Of a DNA stretch of 7,843 nucleotides, positions 7,330-7,843 are shown piece by piece. The notes beneath the pieces were generated by a model that saw only the letters and a list, made by a program, of their open reading frames with translations, had not been told where the DNA came from and ran no database searches. How positions within the stretch are numbered: the first letter of the stretch is position 1; each line of letters begins with the position of its first letter. The stretch is from an uncultured archaeon. Lineage in GTDB: Archaea; Iainarchaeota; Iainarchaeia; Iainarchaeales; CSSED10-239. Position numbers and translations under genes: made by a program. The DNA lies in the NCBI GenBank assembly GCA_964586355.1, contig CAZPGO010000010.1, positions 1 through 7,843 on the forward strand. The letters run 5' to 3'.

Positions 7330-7707
7330 TTATTTTTTATCCATTTTTTTAATAATACTATTTATATATTTTAAACAACCATCTAAATTATTTATTTGTT
7401 CTATAACAATTGCTTTTTCAAAAATATTTAAATCAATAAAAAATAACAAATTAGATTGCGCAGAAGATAAGTTGTTTCTAGCTGATTTATAAAACTCCAC
7501 TTTTTTCTTTTTATCAAATTCATTATAACCATTTGATAAATTTGATAATATTGATAATAACTTTAATTTTGTATCTGTTAATAAATAAAGGTGTTCTTGA
7601 GAAGCAGTATTTAATAAAAGAATAATTTTAGAAATTATTGGAAAAGATTCTTTATAAGCTAATAGATTTACAAAACCTTTCTTAAAAAAATAACTTTCTG
7701 ATTCCAT
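7330..7707 (-). CDS. Second four-helix-bundle protein (TIGR02436 / 23S-rRNA-IVS-protein-like, Avd superfamily)
   Basis: 125 aa. The pattern LLAYKESFPIISKII...LLSILSNLSNGYNEFDKKKKVEFYKSARNNLSSAQSNLLFFIDLNIF...LDGCLKYINSIIKK mirrors the four-helix-bundle family consensus (..SI.SNIAEG..R...K....F..IA.GSL.E....L.LA..L.Y.......L...I.K.L..L). It lies 15 nt upstream of avd on the same strand. Confidence 0.6.
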   Translation of the reverse strand: MESESYFFKKGFVNLLAYKESFPIISKIILLLNTASQEHLYLLTDTKLKLLSILSNLSNGYNEFDKKKKVEFYKSARNNLSSAQSNLLFFIDLNIFEKAIVIEQINNLDGCLKYINSIIKKMDKK

Positions 7708-7729
7708 GTTTTGATCAATTTTAAATTAT

Positions 7730-7740
7730 TGTTTATAGGG
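7730..7740 (-). promoter_or_regulatory. Candidate TATA box for the DGR operon (leaderless-type spacing)
   Basis: The - strand has 'ctataaac' with tataaa at 7737..7732. It is centred about 28 nt upstream of the ATG at 7707, the expected archaeal TATA-to-TSS distance if the mRNA is leaderless. Confidence 0.35.
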
Positions 7741-7744
7741 GGTG

Positions 7745-7775
7745 AAAAAAATTTGACCTTGCCTTAGGCAAGGTC
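7745..7775 (-). terminator. Perfect 9-bp GC-rich hairpin followed by T7 (- strand); terminator of the upstream - strand gene
   Basis: The - strand reads gaccttgcc-taa-ggcaaggtc-aaa-ttttttt. The stem arms are 7755-7763 and 7767-7775 and the T7 is 7751..7745. It begins 1 nt after the stop of the partial ORF ending at 7777. Confidence 0.5.
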
Positions 7776-7776
7776 T

Positions 7777-7843
7777 TTACCAAAGATAGACAGATAGCAG
7801 ATAATCTCCTAGCAGAATAACATATATTATTTGGAGATTAAAT
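7777..7843 (-). CDS. Possible 3' end of a - strand gene running off the right edge (hydrophobic C-terminus)
   Basis: This is the only frame open to the window edge. It reads ...FNLQIIYVILLGDYLLSVYLW* with stop TAA at 7779..7777, immediately followed by the hairpin and T7. With only 21 codons, the support is weak. Confidence 0.3.
   Translation of the reverse strand, partial: FNLQIIYVILLGDYLLSVYLW

Larger units (their letters stand above)
5521..7707 (-). mobile_element. DGR core cassette: four-helix-bundle gene, avd, template repeat, spacer and RT, all on the - strand
   Basis: The gene order avd-TR-RT is canonical for DGRs. It is supported by the RT motifs, the Avd-like ORF and the AAY-rich, lectin-fold-like template in the non-coding gap. 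Confidence 0.85.

Noticed and set aside
7802-7840. 8-bp inverted repeat taatctcc ... ggagatta with a 23-nt loop
   Set aside because: It is short and AT-rich, with a long loop, and lies inside the probable coding tail of the edge ORF. No partner repeat elsewhere suggests element termini.
7776-7843. The right-edge sequence as the VR/IMH end of the DGR target
   Set aside because: The open frame ends in a hydrophobic tail, not GFRC-like. My best by-eye alignment of its 3' flank to the TR 3' flank (tagtagtctttatcc vs tatctgtctatcttt) gives only about 8/15 matches, which is chance level.
1-7843. CRISPR arrays, tRNA/rRNA genes, transposase/IS termini
   Set aside because: I saw no regularly spaced direct repeats, no tRNA-like GTTCRAnnC/acceptor patterns or rRNA-like GC-rich blocks, and no transposase-like ORFs on either strand.

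Overview
Very AT-rich window (about a quarter G+C by eye) with archaeal core genes, consistent with a small-genome, DPANN-like archaeon; the lineage is inference. On the + strand: a tight three-gene operon (two class III signal peptide, pilin-like proteins and an HExxH multi-pass membrane protein), then rpoK and rps17e. On the - strand: a packed priL - gpmI - pelota block. Upstream of it and co-directional lies the standout element, a diversity-generating retroelement (DGR) core. It comprises a second four-helix-bundle gene (7330..7707), an Avd-like four-helix-bundle gene (6973..7314), a GC-enriched non-coding template repeat (about 6776..6900), a roughly 200-nt spacer, and a DGR-type reverse transcriptase (5521..6576). 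The template repeat decodes as FLRGGNWNNGTNTGLLALNLNNGTSNQNYNIGFRCA, with ten AAY codons. I could find no cognate variable repeat or target gene in the window, so the diversified target must be beyond the right edge or elsewhere in the genome. No rRNA, tRNA, CRISPR array, transposase or integrase was recognised.
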